Part shown: piece by piece, positions 62,551 to 64,000 of the stretch
How positions within the stretch are numbered: the first letter of the stretch is position 1
Layout: each line of letters opens with the position of its first letter
IMG/VR virus record: IMGVR_UViG_3300032038_000064
Coordinates: 6,906-70,905 of that record
DNA: 64,000 nt
Origin: a virus
Taxonomy: Duplodnaviria; Caudoviricetes
Reading direction: 5' to 3' (one strand)
Program-made: the position numbers and the translations under genes
Notes under the pieces: model-generated
Seen by the model: the letters and a program-made list of their open reading frames with translations, nothing else
Told to the model about the DNA's origin: nothing
Database searches by the model: none

Positions 62551-62593
62551 ACTATTAACCACGGGGCGGGGAACCGCCCATCACAAGAGGATA
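62551..62593 (+). repeat. 43-bp intergenic repeat with GNRA hairpin, copy 2
   Basis: ACTATTAACCACGGGGCGGGGAACCGCCCATCACAAGAGGATA. Confidence 0.8.
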
Positions 62594-62600
62594 TGAGCCA

Positions 62601-62843
62601 ATGGACCCTTCGATTAAAGGCGCACTTATTGGTGCGCTTGCATCATTAGTTGTTTGTCTGATTAATAATTATTTTCAACGAGCAGAATCAGATAGGCAAA
62701 ATAATACTACAATAATGTTAATTAATTATCAAATTGAGGAACTCAAAAAAGAAGTCAGTAAACATAATGGTGTTATTGAGCGGGTCTATCAATTAGAGAA
62801 AGATGTTGCTATATTGAATGACCGCGAAGATGACGGAAAATAA
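62601..62843 (+). CDS. holin-like membrane protein (XhlA-type)
   Basis: N-terminal TM helix, then LINYQIEELKKEVSKHNGVIERVYQLE coiled coil; precedes the cell-wall enzyme. Confidence 0.55.
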   Translation: MDPSIKGALIGALASLVVCLINNYFQRAESDRQNNTTIMLINYQIEELKKEVSKHNGVIERVYQLEKDVAILNDREDDGK

Positions 62844-62852
62844 GGAGACATA

Positions 62853-64000
62853 ATGAGTAAAATTACTATATTTATTCCACCGCTTCCTAGAAAAGATTAT
62901 TCATACAGATTAGGCGATGCGCAGATTATTCACGATGATAATAAAAACGCAATTGTAATTGACGGCGGTGAAGATAGTTTGTGCAATGAGATTATTAAAT
63001 ACTGTAAGTCTCATGGAATTACGCACATCACTTATATTCTCTCTCACTGGCACTATGACCATGACAGAGGTATGAAACTGCTTCTTGATTCTTCTATTAT
63101 TGTGGATAAAATCTATTGTCCGCCTCCGGCAGATTTAACGAAACTGAGAGATTCAGATGCAAAGGATGATTATAGCCGAGCAATGACTAGAATTGCACAG
63201 GCTAATAAATTGAAGAAATCTATTATTTATCCTCCAGCAGACCAGTATACTACTATCAAAGTGGGAACTATTGTTTGTAAAATTTGGAGAAGAAGTGTTC
63301 GTCCGTCTGAAAATGTGGATTACCAAGTAAATAATACTTCTTTATGTTGCTATTTCCCGGATTTATATTACGCAACTACCGGTGATTCTATTAATGCGTT
63401 TGACGCCTTTCTTCAAACAAAGCCGGGAAAAATAACAGTATTTAAAATTCCGCATCACGGCAATGCGTGTACAACTAATCCTTGCACACTACTTAAAGAA
63501 GCGGGCGCTCAGATTTGCTGGTATAATCACTCTGAAAAATACGGAGTTGATGTTGGCGGTGATAGTTTTAGTAAATGGGGTGCGGGCTACTGTAAGAAGC
63601 ATTTTATTTGCATCAGACCGTTTTATACTATTACTATGACTGCTTGTGATAAGAAGTTATATATCGAACAAAACGGCAGTAAGTGGTCATATGATATTCC
63701 GTATGATGGCAAGCCCAGCGCCAGCGGATGGCTTAAGGGCACAAAGGGTATGTGGTATCAGTACCCCGACGGAACATGGCCCACTGGTTGGGCATTCCTC
63801 AAGACGCAGGACGGCAAAGGCGAGGCGTGGCACTTCTTTGATAATGACGGCTGGTTACAGTACGGATGGATTAAAGATAATGGTTACTGGTACTTCCTCG
63901 ACGAAAAAGACGGGCATATGCTGACGGGCTGGCTCAATCGGTACGGCCTGTTCTATCTCGAACCCGTCAGCGGCAAGAATCAAGGGCACGCTTACATGTC
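62853..64000 (+). CDS. metallo-beta-lactamase-fold (ComEC/Pce-like) hydrolase with cell-wall-binding repeats, 3' truncated (not in ORF track)
   Basis: TAAGGAG RBS; GDAQII, VIDGG, SHWHYDH (HxHxDH), NNTSL, TTGDS, KIPHHG; then GW...WY/WHFF..DG.L..GW choline-binding-type repeats; frame open to the window end. Confidence 0.8.
   Translation, partial: MSKITIFIPPLPRKDYSYRLGDAQIIHDDNKNAIVIDGGEDSLCNEIIKYCKSHGITHITYILSHWHYDHDRGMKLLLDSSIIVDKIYCPPPADLTKLRDSDAKDDYSRAMTRIAQANKLKKSIIYPPADQYTTIKVGTIVCKIWRRSVRPSENVDYQVNNTSLCCYFPDLYYATTGDSINAFDAFLQTKPGKITVFKIPHHGNACTTNPCTLLKEAGAQICWYNHSEKYGVDVGGDSFSKWGAGYCKKHFICIRPFYTITMTACDKKLYIEQNGSKWSYDIPYDGKPSASGWLKGTKGMWYQYPDGTWPTGWAFLKTQDGKGEAWHFFDNDGWLQYGWIKDNGYWYFLDEKDGHMLTGWLNRYGLFYLEPVSGKNQGHAYM

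Noticed and set aside
59036-62593. Possible diversity-generating retroelement
   Set aside because: No reverse transcriptase in the window, and the repeat differences are not adenine-specific.

Overview
The window is about 64 kb of a large tailed dsDNA phage genome, probably a siphovirus. The host is inferred to be a Firmicute of the Clostridia/Lachnospiraceae type, from sigma-A promoters, AGGAGG RBSs, RecU, ThyX and choline-binding-type repeats. Order on the + strand: end of scaffold, major capsid, neck and tail genes (1-12.7 kb); SprT protease and SNF2 helicase; a replication module (initiator, DnaC-like loader, DnaB, primase, SSB, family A polymerase); then, translationally coupled to the polymerase, a candidate DNA-modification cluster (small conserved protein, GT-B glycosyltransferase, TGT/DpdA-fold transglycosylase, YhhQ queuosine-precursor transporter). 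Next come a beta clamp, Cas4-like nuclease, RecU, MazG, ThyX, RecA, two tRNAs plus an interrupted tRNA-like element, many small accessory genes, and a bacterial-type clamp loader (DnaX, HolB, and a HolA split by an HNH homing endonuclease). A leftward block of small early-type genes (49.2-55.6 kb) has its own repeated motifs, an ArdC-like gene and a Lys/Ala/Glu-rich protein. A 1.4 kb non-coding region with short degenerate repeats (candidate terminus or packaging region) follows, then terminase small subunit, holins, duplicated collagen-fibre cassettes and a truncated metallo-beta-lactamase-fold protein with cell-wall-binding repeats. The most interesting signal is the salvage-only 7-deazaguanine cluster, whose glycosyltransferase resembles the queuosine mannosyltransferase QTMAN/GTDC1 and suggests glycosylated deazaguanine in phage DNA. 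No database searches were run: family assignments come from recognising motifs by eye, and several starts were moved to the codon best supported by an RBS.
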